From Planctomycetota bacterium (GTDB taxonomy: Bacteria; Planctomycetota; UBA1135; UBA2386): DNA of 64,000 bases. This document shows positions 53,280-64,000 of this stretch, one piece after another. How positions within the stretch are numbered: the stretch's first letter is position 1; each line of letters begins with the position of its first letter. Below the pieces are notes generated by a model. It saw only the letters and a program-made list of their open reading frames with translations, searched no databases and was not told the origin of the DNA. Made by a program: the position numbers and the translations under genes. Location: assembly GCA_046290465.1 (NCBI GenBank), contig JBKAGP010000001.1, forward strand, positions 1,600,001 to 1,664,000, written 5' to 3'.

Positions 53280-56200
53280 ATGAAGCCAACGACCCCTCTG
53301 TGGTGCGCCGCCGTCCTGGTGGCCGCCTGTGCCAGCATCACCCCTCCCACCTCGGCCGAGTCGCAGCAGCTCGAGTCGATCCGCAAGCTGATGGCGAGCG
53401 ACCTCGACGCCGCCGCCAACGCCGCCGAGGACCTGCTGCAGGAGAAGCCGACGCTGCGTGAGGCCCGCCTGCTGCTGGCCGAGTGCTCGCTGCAGATGGC
53501 CAACGAACCCGGCCGCTCGGGCAAGCAGTTCCTGCTGATGGACGCGGCCCGCAACTTCGACGAGGCGCTCGACTCGGCCGAGGACGAGCCGTTCGCGCGG
53601 GAGTGGCGTTTGTGCGCCGAGGCCCACTACGCGCTCGGCGAGTTCGACAAGGGCAGCGTGGCGGCCAACCGTTCGGCCAACGGCTTCGCCAAGAAGCCGG
53701 GCCTCGACAACAAGAAGGAGTACGCGACGTCGCGCCTGGTCGGCGCGCGCTGCAACTACCGCATCTTCGTCGAGGAGCGCCAGGCCGAGATCGAGTCCGG
53801 CGACAAGGACCAGAACGGCCTCGTCAAGCCGAGCAAGCGCATCATGACACTGGCCCAGGTCGTCGCCGCCGGCTTCCAGAACGCGCAGCACGACTATCCG
53901 GCCGAGGCCGCGACCACCGTCGCCGACGTGCACAAGTGGCTCGGCCAGACCAGCGAGGTCCAGCGGACCTACGAGGCGGCGGTGAGCAACTGGCCCGCCG
54001 AGACCGGCATCCACGACGCCTACATCGACTGGATGACGCAGAACGGCCAGCACGACGCGCTGGTCGGCGCCTACCGCCGCTTCGTGCGCGAACAGCCGGA
54101 CGCGCCGGTGCTGCGCTGGTTCGAGGGCCGCGCGATCTACCGCCGCGCCGACCAGCTGCGCACCCAGGGCAACTTCCAGGGCGCGATCGCGATCTACCAG
54201 AAGTCGCGCGACGTGTTCGGTGAGTACATCGCCGTGATGCCCAACCACCGCACCTCGTCGGCCCAGTGGCAGGCGCTGTGCGACCTCTCGATCGCGCGCT
54301 GCGCGGCGGACTCCGGCGATCTCGAGAAGGCCACCGAAGTGATGTTCCGCGCCGCCGAGACCGCGCCGGCGACGACCACCTACGTCGACGGCAACCCGCA
54401 GCTGGTCGACGCGTTCGGCAACCACTTCACCGGCGTCGCGTTCGCGATCCACGTCGCGCTGACGCAGGCGCCCGAGAACGCGCTGCAGCGCACGCTAGCG
54501 TTCAACGAGCAGGTGGTGCAGAAGTATCCCGACCGCTGGGGCTTCCTCTACAACAACGCGGCGCTGGCCGCGCGCGACCTCGGCGTGCAGGTCCAGAACG
54601 ACGGCGACGACAAGGCGGCGATGGAGCTGTGGGAGCGCAGCTACCGCTACTACGAGAAGGCGGTGGCGCTGTCGCCGACCGACGCCCGCATCGTCAACGA
54701 CTGCGGCCTGATGCTGATCTACCACCTCGACCGCGACTTCGACCGCGCCCGCGAGTGCTTCGACAAGGCGATCGAGATCGGCACCGCGCAGCTCGCCGAG
54801 CTGTCCGACGACACGCCGGCGCGCGAACGCGAACTGCTCGAGGAAGCCGTCGGGGACGCGTGGCAGAACATCGCCGTGCTGATGCGCGAGCACGAGAAGA
54901 AGCCGTTCGCGGACTACAAGCAGTTCTGCGAGCAGGCGGTCAAGTACTAGCCCTACCAGCGCCGTGAAGCCGCGTCGCTGCTGCGCAACGAGGGCAAGAG
55001 CAACCTCGGCTCGACCGCGCGCGCGCAGCTGCAGAACCGCCTGTCCGGCTCGTCGAAGGGCCAGGGCGGCGCCGCCGAAGCGTTGAAGAAGGCGCAACCG
55101 AAGGTCGACGAAGCGATCGGCAACGAGGACTTCGACGCGGCCCTCAACGTGCTCGACAAGCTGTCGAAGGACTGCAAGGAGTACGCCCCCTACCACTTCC
55201 TGAAGGGCAAGGTCACCTGGATGCTCGCCAACCAGGCGCGCGACAACAACCGCAAGGGCACCGAGTTCTTCTACCAGGACGCGGTGGTCGCGCTGACCCG
55301 CGCGGTCGAGCTGGACGCCGAGCCGAACGAGCCGCGGCAGATGCTGGCGCAGGCCCTCTACGACGCCGGCAACACCGAGAAGGCGACCGAGGCGATCTCG
55401 TCGCTGCTGCTGCACATGCAGTCGCAGGGCGGCGGCTCCGAGGCGGAGAACCTGGCCGCGCACACGGTGCGCGCCAACGCCGCCGGCCGTGCCTACGCGC
55501 AGAAGAAGAGCGGCGGCAGCGACGACCCGACGCTGCTGACCGCGGCGCGCACGTCGATGCGCTGGCTCGAGCAGAAGGGCAAGCTCGACGAGAAGCTGCT
55601 GGCGCTGTGGTCGGCGACCGAGGCCTGGGCCGGCGCGCCGGCCGAGGCGGTCAACGTCTACATCCGCGCTGCCGAGCGCGCCCCCGACGACTTCAACCTG
55701 CTCGAGCAGGTGATCAACACCGCCGCCAACCAGAAGCAGCTGCCGCTCGCCGTCGAGGCGCTCGGCAAGCGCGACGACGCCGGCACGATCTGGTACCGCG
55801 GCAAGGCGCAGTTCTGGCTGGCCGGTGCCGAGCGCCAGTCCGGCAAGGCCGACGAAGCGCTGCAGACGCTCGACGCGTCGCGCAAGAGCTTCGAGCTGTC
55901 GATGCAGAAGAACGCCGGCTACGCCGACAGCTGCAAGCAGTGGATCGCGATGGTCGTCGGCAAGAAGGGCTGCATCACGCTCAACGTCAAGGACGACCGC
56001 GACGCCGCCCAGAAGCTGCTGCTCGAGGCCGCGCAGATGCGGCCCGACATGATCAACCAGGACCTCGGCCTGACCGAGACGATCAAGGGCGGCATCCTGC
56101 GACTGGTCGACTTCTTCTACCGCAAGAACGACCTGAAGCGCGTCGAGCAGATCAGCCGCGCCGCCTCCGACGCCGCCAACAGCGACGTCGACCTGCTCAA

Positions 56201-56660
56201 CAACTCGGGCCTGTTCGCGCGCGACTACGGCAACATCCTCGAGCGGCAGGGCAACAGCGAGGCCGCCCAGGAGATGTACGAGCAGAGCTACAAGGCCTAC
56301 ACGCGGGCCCAGCAGCTCGATCCGAGCAACGTGCGGCTGCGCAACGACTGCGCGCTGATCGCGATCTACCACCTCGAGCGCGACTGGGACCTGGTCAAGA
56401 AGCTGCTCGACGGGGCGATCGAGGACGGCAACAACACGCTCGAGAACAGCCCGCCCGACAACGAGGAGCTCAAGCAACAGCTCGAGGAGGCGGTCGGCGA
56501 CTGCTACGAGAACCTGGCGCTGTGGCACCTCAAGCACAGCAAGGACGCCGAGGCCGCCAAGGCCGCCGCGAAGAAGAGCCAGGACTACCACCCAGGCGCC
56601 CGTCGCCCCGGCGCGGCGCGCCACCTGCGCGCTGCGGAACGCCTCTTGCAAGGCAAGTAG
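53280..56660 (+). pseudogene. Large TPR lipoprotein interrupted by one in-frame TAG (54948-54950)
   Basis: Lipobox LVAAC; ORFs 53280-54950 and 55083-56660 share a frame and the interval is open with coding-like codons. Confidence 0.7.
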
Positions 56661-56662
56661 GC

Positions 56663-58279
56663 ATGACCGTCGCCATCCGCCTGCTGGCCCCGCTGTTCCT
56701 GCTCGCCGGCCTCGCCTCCCAGGGCGAGGCCGAGCCGTCGCCCGTTGTCGTAACGCAGCAGGAACAGAACGAGCTGCGCCAGACGGCGTTCGCGGCCGAG
56801 AACGCGGGCCGCTTCAGCGACGCGGCGGACGCGTTTCTGAAGCTCTCGAAGGCCGCTCCGGACCGCATCGACTGGGTCGTGGCGGCCGGCCGCTGCCTCG
56901 GCCGCAGCGGCCGCTTCGGCGACGCCGTCGACGTGCTCGACGCGGCCCGCAAGCGCTTCGAAGGCTCGGTCGAGATCAACTCGATGCTGGCCCGCACGCT
57001 GCTGCTGCAGACCGAGCGCGACGTCGGCATGGTGCACCCCGAGGTGCTGTGGGCCGAGGCCGCCGACATCGCCGCCGACGTGCTGCGCCGCGATCCCAAC
57101 CACGCCGACACCCGGCTGCTGCTGGCACAGTCCTACTACCTGCTCGGCCGCTGGGACGACGCGCAGCGCGAGGCCGACGAGGCGGTGCGACGGCACCCCC
57201 GCCGCGCCGGCGCGCACGTGCTGGTCGGCCGCCTCGCGACCGACCGCTTCCGGCTGCACCTCGGCGAACTCGAGCGGGTCGGCACGGACGAACAGGCCCG
57301 CGCCGACGTGATCAAGAAGCTGCACACGCAGCGCACCAAGGCGCAGGAGTCGTTCGCCAAGGCGATCGAACTCGACCCGAGCCGGGCCCACCCGCACGTC
57401 GCACTCAGCAAGCTGGCGACGCTCGACGGCAAGGCGGAGCTGGCCCGTCGGCACCTGACCGACGCGCTGGCGATCGACCCGGAGACTTCGGTCGATCACG
57501 TGCTGCTGACCAAGGGCAAGGACTGGCAGCAGCGCCGCGACTTCTACCGGGGGCTGCGCGAACGGTTCGAACGCAACACATCGCTGCCGGCCGCGGTGCG
57601 CACCCGCAAGGCCTCGGTGCTGACCTTCCACGAGGCGCGCGCGCTGCTCGAGGGCCTGCAGTTCGCGGACGCGCTGGCGGCGTTCCAGGCGGTGCAGCAG
57701 GGCGACCCGGAGGCTGACAACGCCGACTACTACCTGTTCCTCTGCTCCTACTACCTGAAGGACTACGACCGCGCCGAGAACTACGCGGCCGGGTATGCGC
57801 GCCGCAGCGCGCCCGGCTTCGCCGACGTGCTGCGCGAGCTGCCGACCGAGCAGCGCGTGCAGATCGCCGCGATGGTCCAGTACCTCGGCGACCGCGCCTA
57901 CCAGCAGAAGCGCATCGAGAACAGCCGCGACCTCAACCACGTCACGGCTTGCCTGAAGGACTCGGCCGACGCCTGGAACAACCACGCGTTCCTGTGCCGC
58001 GAGACCGGCAAGTTCGAGCGCGCGCTGACGTCGTACCAGTACGCGATCCAGCGCGAGCCGGACTCCCCACAGCTGTGGAACGACGGCGGCGTGGTGCTGC
58101 AGTACCACCTCGCGTCGCCCGAGAACCTGGCCAAGGCCCGCACCATGTACGAGAAGGCCATCGAGCTTGCGGCCAAGGTGCTGGCCGATCCGAAGGCGAC
58201 CGAGCAGCAGCAGGCGTTCGCCCGGGAGGCCGTCAAGAACGCGCGCCTGAACCTGGCCGAGATCGACAAGCAGGCCTAG
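56663..58279 (+). CDS. Exported TPR protein
   Basis: Signal peptide; TPR repeats (AIELDP, AIQREPDSPQLWND). Confidence 0.8.
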   Translation: MTVAIRLLAPLFLLAGLASQGEAEPSPVVVTQQEQNELRQTAFAAENAGRFSDAADAFLKLSKAAPDRIDWVVAAGRCLGRSGRFGDAVDVLDAARKRFEGSVEINSMLARTLLLQTERDVGMVHPEVLWAEAADIAADVLRRDPNHADTRLLLAQSYYLLGRWDDAQREADEAVRRHPRRAGAHVLVGRLATDRFRLHLGELERVGTDEQARADVIKKLHTQRTKAQESFAKAIELDPSRAHPHVALSKLATLDGKAELARRHLTDALAIDPETSVDHVLLTKGKDWQQRRDFYRGLRERFERNTSLPAAVRTRKASVLTFHEARALLEGLQFADALAAFQAVQQGDPEADNADYYLFLCSYYLKDYDRAENYAAGYARRSAPGFADVLRELPTEQRVQIAAMVQYLGDRAYQQKRIENSRDLNHVTACLKDSADAWNNHAFLCRETGKFERALTSYQYAIQREPDSPQLWNDGGVVLQYHLASPENLAKARTMYEKAIELAAKVLADPKATEQQQAFAREAVKNARLNLAEIDKQA

Positions 58280-58290
58280 GCCCGTTCTGC

Positions 58291-59022
58291 TCAGCCGCGG
58301 AGCCGGGTCGCCAGGTTGCCGTAGCTGCGGTAGTCGGTGACGTCCGGCGGCCCGGGCGCGTAGCGCCAGGTCAGCGCGGTGACGTCGTCGCGCGGCAGCG
58401 CGATCAGCGAACTCGATACGGTGCCGTAGTCCGCGCCGTGCTTGCAGACGACGTGGAAGCCGACGCCGCCGCGATCGCGCACACACTCGGCGAGCGCATC
58501 GAGCCGCTGGTCGGCCGTCAGGTCCGCCGCCAGCGCCGGGTCGAGGCCGCGCGGCGACCAGCTGCCGGCCTCGTGCTCGTTGGTCAGCGCGACGACCGGC
58601 TCGGGCCACTCGACGCAGCGCACGGAGCCGGCGACGTGGCGGATCACGAAGATCCGTTCGGCGTCGGCCGCGACCAGCTGGAACGACGAGTGCCGCTGCT
58701 GCTCGACGCGCGCCAGCACCGCGTCGACGCCGTGCCGCAGGTCCTCGTGGTCGAGCACCAGGTGCGGCAGATGGCCGCGCGACGGCGCACCGACGACGTT
58801 CTCCTGGCCGTAGACGTTGGTCAGGCCGGCGAACCTGCCGACATCGTCGACCGCCAGCCAGGTGCCGCCGGCGACCCGGTCGCGCGGCGACAGGATGCGG
58901 CGCCGTTCACCGTACCAGATTCCGGGCGGCGAAGCCTTGCGGTCGGTGCGCTCGTCGCGGTTGGCGGCGACGAACAGCGCATGCTCCTGGGTCAGACCTC
59001 GAAGGACGATCAACGAACACAT
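58291..59022 (-). CDS. NRDE/TANGO2 family protein
   Basis: MCSL..AANRDE, GGTWL, SRG, YGTVSS. Confidence 0.92.
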   Translation of the reverse strand: MCSLIVLRGLTQEHALFVAANRDERTDRKASPPGIWYGERRRILSPRDRVAGGTWLAVDDVGRFAGLTNVYGQENVVGAPSRGHLPHLVLDHEDLRHGVDAVLARVEQQRHSSFQLVAADAERIFVIRHVAGSVRCVEWPEPVVALTNEHEAGSWSPRGLDPALAADLTADQRLDALAECVRDRGGVGFHVVCKHGADYGTVSSSLIALPRDDVTALTWRYAPGPPDVTDYRSYGNLATRLRG

Positions 59023-59027
59023 GGCGA

Positions 59028-60275
59028 TCAGGGGGCGAGCCGGCGCTCCACGCGCCGCAGCAACAACATCCCCGTTCCGGCCACGCCGCACAACAGCGCC
59101 GCGGTCCCGAACGCGATCCGGAAGTCGGTGCCGTCGGCGCGCGCGGCGACGGTCGTGCCGAGCAGCGGCCCGAAGGCGAGGCCCAGCTGGATGCAGCTCT
59201 GCACCAGCGAGAACGCCAGCGTGCGGTTCTCGTCGGCGACGCGCTTGCTGACCGACGAGTAGGCCAGCGTCAGCGACCCGGCCATCAGGCAGGCGACCAC
59301 CATGCGCAGCACCAGGAACTGGTCGATCGACGTCACCAGCGCCATCAGCCCCTGCGCGACGCACAGCCCGAACGCCAGCAGGATCAGGCTGCGCAGCGGT
59401 CCGCGACGGTCGGCCATGCGCCCCCACATCGGCGTGAAGAACCACTGCCCGATCGCCAGCACGCCGAACGCGACGGCGATGGTCCGATCGAGCGCCAGCG
59501 CCTCGGTGTTGCTCCACGCCGCGATCCAGCGCTGCGGGCCCAGTTCGCGCACGAACAGCGACAGCATCGGCTCGAGCATGTTCTGGCCGAGCCGCAGCAC
59601 CAGCAGCAACAGCAGCAGCACCGCGAACACGCGGTTGCCGAGCAGGTCGCCGACCCCGCGCCGGAAGGCGCCGAAGAACGACTGCTGGCGCGCCTTCGCC
59701 GACGGCGGCGACTCGACCGCGCTGACGTAGACCCGCAGCGCGGCCAGCGCCGACAGCGTCGACGCGACCCAGAACAGCGCGCTGCGCCCGAACAGGCTGG
59801 TGATCTCGGCGCCGACGTAGGGACCGACGAACGAGCCCATCGCCATCGCGACCTGCAGCCTCGCGATGATCCGACCGTGCACGTACTTGGGCAGATGGCC
59901 GGACACCAGCGCCATCGCCGGTGCGACGTAGCCGGCGAACATGCCTTGCAGCACACGCGCCCCGACCAGCCACATCGGCGTCGGCGCCAGCGGCATCAGC
60001 GCGGTGGTGATCGCGATCGCCAGGTTGGCGCGCACGGCCATGCGCTTCTTGCCGTAGCGGTCCCCCATCGCGCCCCAGATCGGCCCCATGCAGGCCGCCG
60101 ACAGCGGCCCGACGCCGTAGATCACGCTCGCCCAGAACGCGACCTCCTGGGGGTCCCGGATGCCGAACTCCTCCTCGACGTACAGCGCGAGCACCGGCAG
60201 GAACGCCATCAGGCCCATCGCGGTCGAGAACAGCGCCAGCCAGACCGCCCAGAAGTTGCGTCGCCCGGGATGCAA
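59028..60275 (-). CDS. MFS transporter (DHA1/MdtG-like)
   Basis: Multiple TM segments; WGAMGDRYGKK and WGRMADRRG motif A. Confidence 0.9.
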   Translation of the reverse strand: MHPGRRNFWAVWLALFSTAMGLMAFLPVLALYVEEEFGIRDPQEVAFWASVIYGVGPLSAACMGPIWGAMGDRYGKKRMAVRANLAIAITTALMPLAPTPMWLVGARVLQGMFAGYVAPAMALVSGHLPKYVHGRIIARLQVAMAMGSFVGPYVGAEITSLFGRSALFWVASTLSALAALRVYVSAVESPPSAKARQQSFFGAFRRGVGDLLGNRVFAVLLLLLLVLRLGQNMLEPMLSLFVRELGPQRWIAAWSNTEALALDRTIAVAFGVLAIGQWFFTPMWGRMADRRGPLRSLILLAFGLCVAQGLMALVTSIDQFLVLRMVVACLMAGSLTLAYSSVSKRVADENRTLAFSLVQSCIQLGLAFGPLLGTTVAARADGTDFRIAFGTAALLCGVAGTGMLLLRRVERRLAP

Positions 60276-60331
60276 GACCCGCTTCTAGTCGCCGGCACCC
60301 GCCGACGACAGCGAAGAATCGGCGGGCGGTC

Positions 60332-62404
60332 TCAGCGCCTGGCGCGGAAGCGGATCACGATGCGCTCCTTCGGCGCGGCACGATCGGGCGTCGGCTCGGG
60401 CTCGGGCGTCAGCCGGAGCTCGGGTTGGCCACCGGGTTGGCCACCGGGTTGGCCACCGGGTCGACCCGCCTGCTGGCCCGCCTGCTGGCCCTCCTGCTGG
60501 TCGGCCGGCCCACCGGTGCGCGGCCGGCCGGCCCCGCCAGCGCCGCCGCCGAGGCCGAGGCCCGCCAGCATGCCGAAGTCCTTCGGCAACGACACGGTCA
60601 CCTCGCCATTGCTCGGCTGGACCGGCGCCTGCTGCCGCAGCCGCGCGAGCAGCCGGGCGATGTCCTTGCGCGTGCCCTCGACCAGCCACTGGCGCTCGGG
60701 CTGAAAAGGACCGCCGCTGCCGCCCGCCCTGCCAGCAGTACTGCCGGCGGTGCTGCCGGTCGCGCCGCCGCGGCCGCCGCCACCAGGCAGCGCCGGCGGC
60801 GGGATCCGCACCAACCGCAGGCCGCCGAGCACCAGCTCGTCTGCCGGCACCTTGCGCCCTTCGCCGGCCGTCGCCTGGCGCTGCTGCGCGCCCCCGGGCT
60901 GCTCCTCGTCGAGCCGCTCCTCGAGCCGTTCGAGCACGCGCTCGAGGCCGAGCGTCAGCTCCGCCTCGCGACGGAACCACGCCCCGAGCGCGACGTCGTC
61001 CGCCGCGCGGGTCGAGCCGAGCAGGAACCCGTCGCTGCCGGCCTGCGCGGACTTCGTCTTCTTCTTCTTCGCGCCGGTGGTGCCGGTCGAGCGCGGCTTC
61101 GACGACTTCTCGGCCGGTTCGAGCCGCTGGCCCTCCTGGGCCTCCAGGGTCGAAGCCGGGATGTCGAACGTCACCGAGGCGAGCCGTTCGACGCCCCACG
61201 TCCCGCGCGACGGCGCGGTGCGGCCACCCGGACCGGGCACGACGTCGCCCGGACCGCGATGCTGCGGACTGCGCGAGCCCGGCCCCGCGGGGCCAGCGGT
61301 CGCCGGGCCGGATGGTCCACCCGTCGTCGGCCCGGCCGGGCCGGGAGCCGTCGGGCCGCCCGGACCGGAAGGAGCCGGACCAAAAGGAGCCCGACCACCC
61401 GAGGAAGGCGCCGGCGCCGACGGCGCCGACGGTCGACCACCGCGGCGCGTGCGCGCCTTCGGTTCGGCCTGCTTCACGCCCTTGTCGACGTCGCCGTTGC
61501 CGTCGCGACGCCCGCGTGCCCGCCCAGCGGCCTCGACCTCGCGGTCCGCGGCACCGACACCCTGCCGGCGGCGGTCCTGTCGCGGTTGCTGCATCCGCGC
61601 CGCCTCGTCGCCGACCTTGGCCATCTTGGCCTCGTCGCCCTTCGTGGCGGCCCGCTTGTCGTCGGCGGATCGATCGCCCGACTCCGCGCGTTCCAGCTCG
61701 GCCCCCGGAGCCCCGACGACCGGAGCCCCGACCACTGGAGCCTCGCCCACCTTCGCCCCCTCGACGAGCGGCTTCTCGTTGGCCTGCTCGGCGGGCACCG
61801 GCGCTGCGTCGGGCTGGCCGAGGTGGCGCCCGGCCTCCCCCTCGCCAGGAACGGCCCGGTTGCCTTCCCGTTTGCTCTCCCGGGCGCCGACCTCGGACTC
61901 CTCGCTCTCGAGCATCCGGCGCACGCCCCTGCGGGACGATGCCCGGTCCTTGGCGGCCTCGGGCGCACCTTCGGGGTCCGGAGCCTTGGCAGGTCGTTCC
62001 TCGACCTGCGCCGCCGTCGCGTCATGTTCTGGCGCCAGCGGCACGCTCCAGCTGTCCACCCACACGGCGATCGCCAGCAGCGCTGCGGCCGAGGCCAGCG
62101 CCAACACGAACGGCCACGTCGAGCGCGGCCGCGGCCCGGCTCCGGCGGCCCGCGTCGCCAGCGTCGCCATCACGCGATCGGCCAGCGCGACGTCCTCGAT
62201 CGGCTGCTGCAGGGCATCACGGATGTCCGCGACCATCGTCTCGTACTCGTCGACCTGCTGCCGCAGCTGCGGGCTGACCCGCAGCTCGGCCTCGAAGCGC
62301 TCGCGGTCGCGCGCGCTCATGCTGCCGTCGACCCAGTCGCAAATGCGCTCGTCGACGTCGGGCACGCCCGCGAACGGGTCCGGTTCGGCGTCGAAGCGGC
62401 TCAT
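60332..62404 (-). CDS. Putative anti-sigma factor with long low-complexity region
   Basis: WVDGSMS..RERFEAEL, one TM; ATGA overlap with sigma gene. Confidence 0.7.
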   Translation of the reverse strand: MSRFDAEPDPFAGVPDVDERICDWVDGSMSARDRERFEAELRVSPQLRQQVDEYETMVADIRDALQQPIEDVALADRVMATLATRAAGAGPRPRSTWPFVLALASAAALLAIAVWVDSWSVPLAPEHDATAAQVEERPAKAPDPEGAPEAAKDRASSRRGVRRMLESEESEVGARESKREGNRAVPGEGEAGRHLGQPDAAPVPAEQANEKPLVEGAKVGEAPVVGAPVVGAPGAELERAESGDRSADDKRAATKGDEAKMAKVGDEAARMQQPRQDRRRQGVGAADREVEAAGRARGRRDGNGDVDKGVKQAEPKARTRRGGRPSAPSAPAPSSGGRAPFGPAPSGPGGPTAPGPAGPTTGGPSGPATAGPAGPGSRSPQHRGPGDVVPGPGGRTAPSRGTWGVERLASVTFDIPASTLEAQEGQRLEPAEKSSKPRSTGTTGAKKKKTKSAQAGSDGFLLGSTRAADDVALGAWFRREAELTLGLERVLERLEERLDEEQPGGAQQRQATAGEGRKVPADELVLGGLRLVRIPPPALPGGGGRGGATGSTAGSTAGRAGGSGGPFQPERQWLVEGTRKDIARLLARLRQQAPVQPSNGEVTVSLPKDFGMLAGLGLGGGAGGAGRPRTGGPADQQEGQQAGQQAGRPGGQPGGQPGGQPELRLTPEPEPTPDRAAPKERIVIRFRARR

Positions 62405-63132
62405 GGGCGGTATTCCTTCAGCTTGTGCTGCAGCAGCAGCCGGCCGCGGTGGATGCGCGAGCGAACGGTACCGGGCGGCAGGTTCAGCGCCTCGGCGATC
62501 TCCTCGTACGACAGCGACTCCATGTCGCGCAGCACCACCGCCTCGCGGAACTCGTCGGGCAGCTCCTGCACGCACTGGCGCACCTTCTTCAGGAACTCGC
62601 TGCGGTGCACCTTGTCGGCGGGATCGCGCTCGTTGGCCTCGGGCGTGATGTAGAGGTCGTCGGTGCCGTGCATCGGCGCGTCGATCGACAGGGTGCGCTT
62701 GTCGCGCTTCAGCGCGCGGCGTCGCCGGTATTCGCTGATGGCGACGTTCATCGAGATGGTGTGCAGCCAGGCGGCGAAGCGGACCTGGCCGTCGAACCCG
62801 GGCAGGCCCTTGTGCACGCGCAGAAAGACCTCCTGGCTGAGGTCCTCTGCCATCGCTCGGTCGCACTTCAGGACGGACACCATCACACGCATCACCCGGT
62901 TCTGGAACATCTCGACGAGCGTCCGGAACGCGTGCGGGTCACCCTGCTGCGCCTGCAGCATCGGCTCCCGCGCGGGGTCCCGTTCGTCGTCGTCACCGCC
63001 GGTTCGGGCTCCACGCAGCTGGATCGGCTGCGGCGAGGCCTTGGTCGGCGAACCGAGCGCCAGACGCGGCGGCCCCTCGTCGGTTCCTTCCTGCAGCGGC
63101 TTTTTCTCGGCGGTCACGAGACTCCGAACCAT
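62401..63132 (-). CDS. ECF RNA polymerase sigma factor
   Basis: AEDLSQEVF, FAAWLHTI, LSYEEIAEAL..GTVRSRIHRGR; start uncertain. Confidence 0.93.
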   Translation of the reverse strand: MVRSLVTAEKKPLQEGTDEGPPRLALGSPTKASPQPIQLRGARTGGDDDERDPAREPMLQAQQGDPHAFRTLVEMFQNRVMRVMVSVLKCDRAMAEDLSQEVFLRVHKGLPGFDGQVRFAAWLHTISMNVAISEYRRRRALKRDKRTLSIDAPMHGTDDLYITPEANERDPADKVHRSEFLKKVRQCVQELPDEFREAVVLRDMESLSYEEIAEALNLPPGTVRSRIHRGRLLLQHKLKEYRP

Positions 63133-63279
63133 ATCGACCGGGCCGGCCTGCGGCGACCGCCCTCCGCAGGTCCACGACGGACGCCGGGGAGAACTCCCAC
63201 CGTCGGCGCGGACGTTGCCTGGACCGCGCCGCGTCGCGAGAATCGCGGCATCCCCCCCCGCGCCCGGAGCCCGAACCCC

Positions 63280-63576
63280 ATGGCCAGAACCGTCTTCACC
63301 TTCCCCTGCCCGTGTTGCGACAAGATGGTCGAGGTCGATACCCGGACCGGCAAGGCCCGCGCCGTGCGCGCCGAGGAGCAGCAGGGCGGCAAGAACCTCG
63401 ACGACCTGTTCGACGCGCACAAGCACGAGTCCGAGCGCCTCGACGACCTGTTCTCGTCGGCCAGGAACAGCGAGAGCCGGCAGGACGACGAACTGGCGAA
63501 GAAGCTGAAGCGCGCGCGCGACGAGGCCCGCAAGAACCCGGACGAGAAGCCGCGCAACCCGTTCGACCTCGACTGA
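63280..63576 (+). CDS. Small hypothetical protein with CPCC motif
   Basis: MARTVFTFPCPCCDKMVEVD..RNPFDLD. Confidence 0.7.
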   Translation: MARTVFTFPCPCCDKMVEVDTRTGKARAVRAEEQQGGKNLDDLFDAHKHESERLDDLFSSARNSESRQDDELAKKLKRARDEARKNPDEKPRNPFDLD

Positions 63577-63606
63577 CGGACGCGGCGAGGCCCGCCTCGG
63601 ATCGGA

Positions 63607-64000
63607 TCAGCCGAAGCCGAGCAGGCTGCCGATCTGGTAGATCGCGACCGCGGCGAGCCAGGCCAGCACGGTCATGTAGACGAACACGAACACCGGCCAC
63701 CGCCACGAGTGCGTCTCGCGCCGGATCGCCGCCAGGGTCGCCGCACACTGGCTGCACAGCGCGAAGAACACCATCACCGCCAGCGCGATCAGGCCGTTCA
63801 TCGACGGCTTGCCGTCGGGCCCCTCGGCGCTGCGCAGCGCCTCCTGCAGCGACGGGTCCGGCGCGTCCGGGTCGGCGTCGACCTCGCCGAGGCTGTAGAG
63901 CGTGCCGAGCGTCGGGATCACCAGCTCGCGCGCCGGAAACGCCGCCAGCACGCCGACGGTCATGCGCCAGTCGAAGCCGGCGGGCTCGAACACCGGCTGC
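63607..64000 (-). CDS. feoB: Ferrous iron transporter B, C-terminal part
   Basis: FEPAGFDW, FPARE, QCAATLAAIRRET.SWRWP. Confidence 0.92.
   Translation of the reverse strand, partial: QPVFEPAGFDWRMTVGVLAAFPARELVIPTLGTLYSLGEVDADPDAPDPSLQEALRSAEGPDGKPSMNGLIALAVMVFFALCSQCAATLAAIRRETHSWRWPVFVFVYMTVLAWLAAVAIYQIGSLLGFG

Noticed and set aside
54948..54950. Genome-wide TAG recoding or pyrrolysine
   Set aside because: Other genes clearly end at TAG (e.g. 56658-56660 with next ATG at 56663); no pyl genes in view

Overview
High-GC bacterial chromosome segment, probably Planctomycetota/PVC (PVC-type L28 with the RRGLAKKxGGVG insert; cmk-plsC-rpsA order). It has four zones. (1) 1-15.9 kb: the distal half of an extracellular contractile injection system (eCIS)-like locus (tube initiator, LysM, hub, gpV-type spike, gp25, baseplate J, a 1357-aa gpI/propeller protein, DUF6519-like protein), followed by a vWA protein and a sigma54 activator lacking a sensor domain. 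(2) 16.4-19.3 kb: mobile debris (internally deleted IS21, methylase fragment, tyrosine-integrase fragment). (3) 19.3-27.2 kb: a ~7.8-kb element integrated in the 3' end of tRNA-fMet. It carries a large serine recombinase, a Rep_trans/MOBT-type initiator with an ICEBs1-like nick hairpin, a long sso-like hairpin, and a CD-NTase + E2 (short type II CBASS-like) cassette with an effector I cannot assign. The recombinase ORF runs through its att site, so recombination would swap its C-terminus; two homologous alternative tails lie at 19.3 and 20.9 kb. (4) 27.3-64 kb: core genes (tyrS, two sigma54 response regulators, rpsA, plsC, cmk, lpxH-like, rpmB, Mla/Pqi ABC system, TPR proteins, one split by an in-frame TAG, NRDE, MFS, ECF sigma/anti-sigma, feoB). 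All family calls are from motif recognition by eye; no database searches were run.
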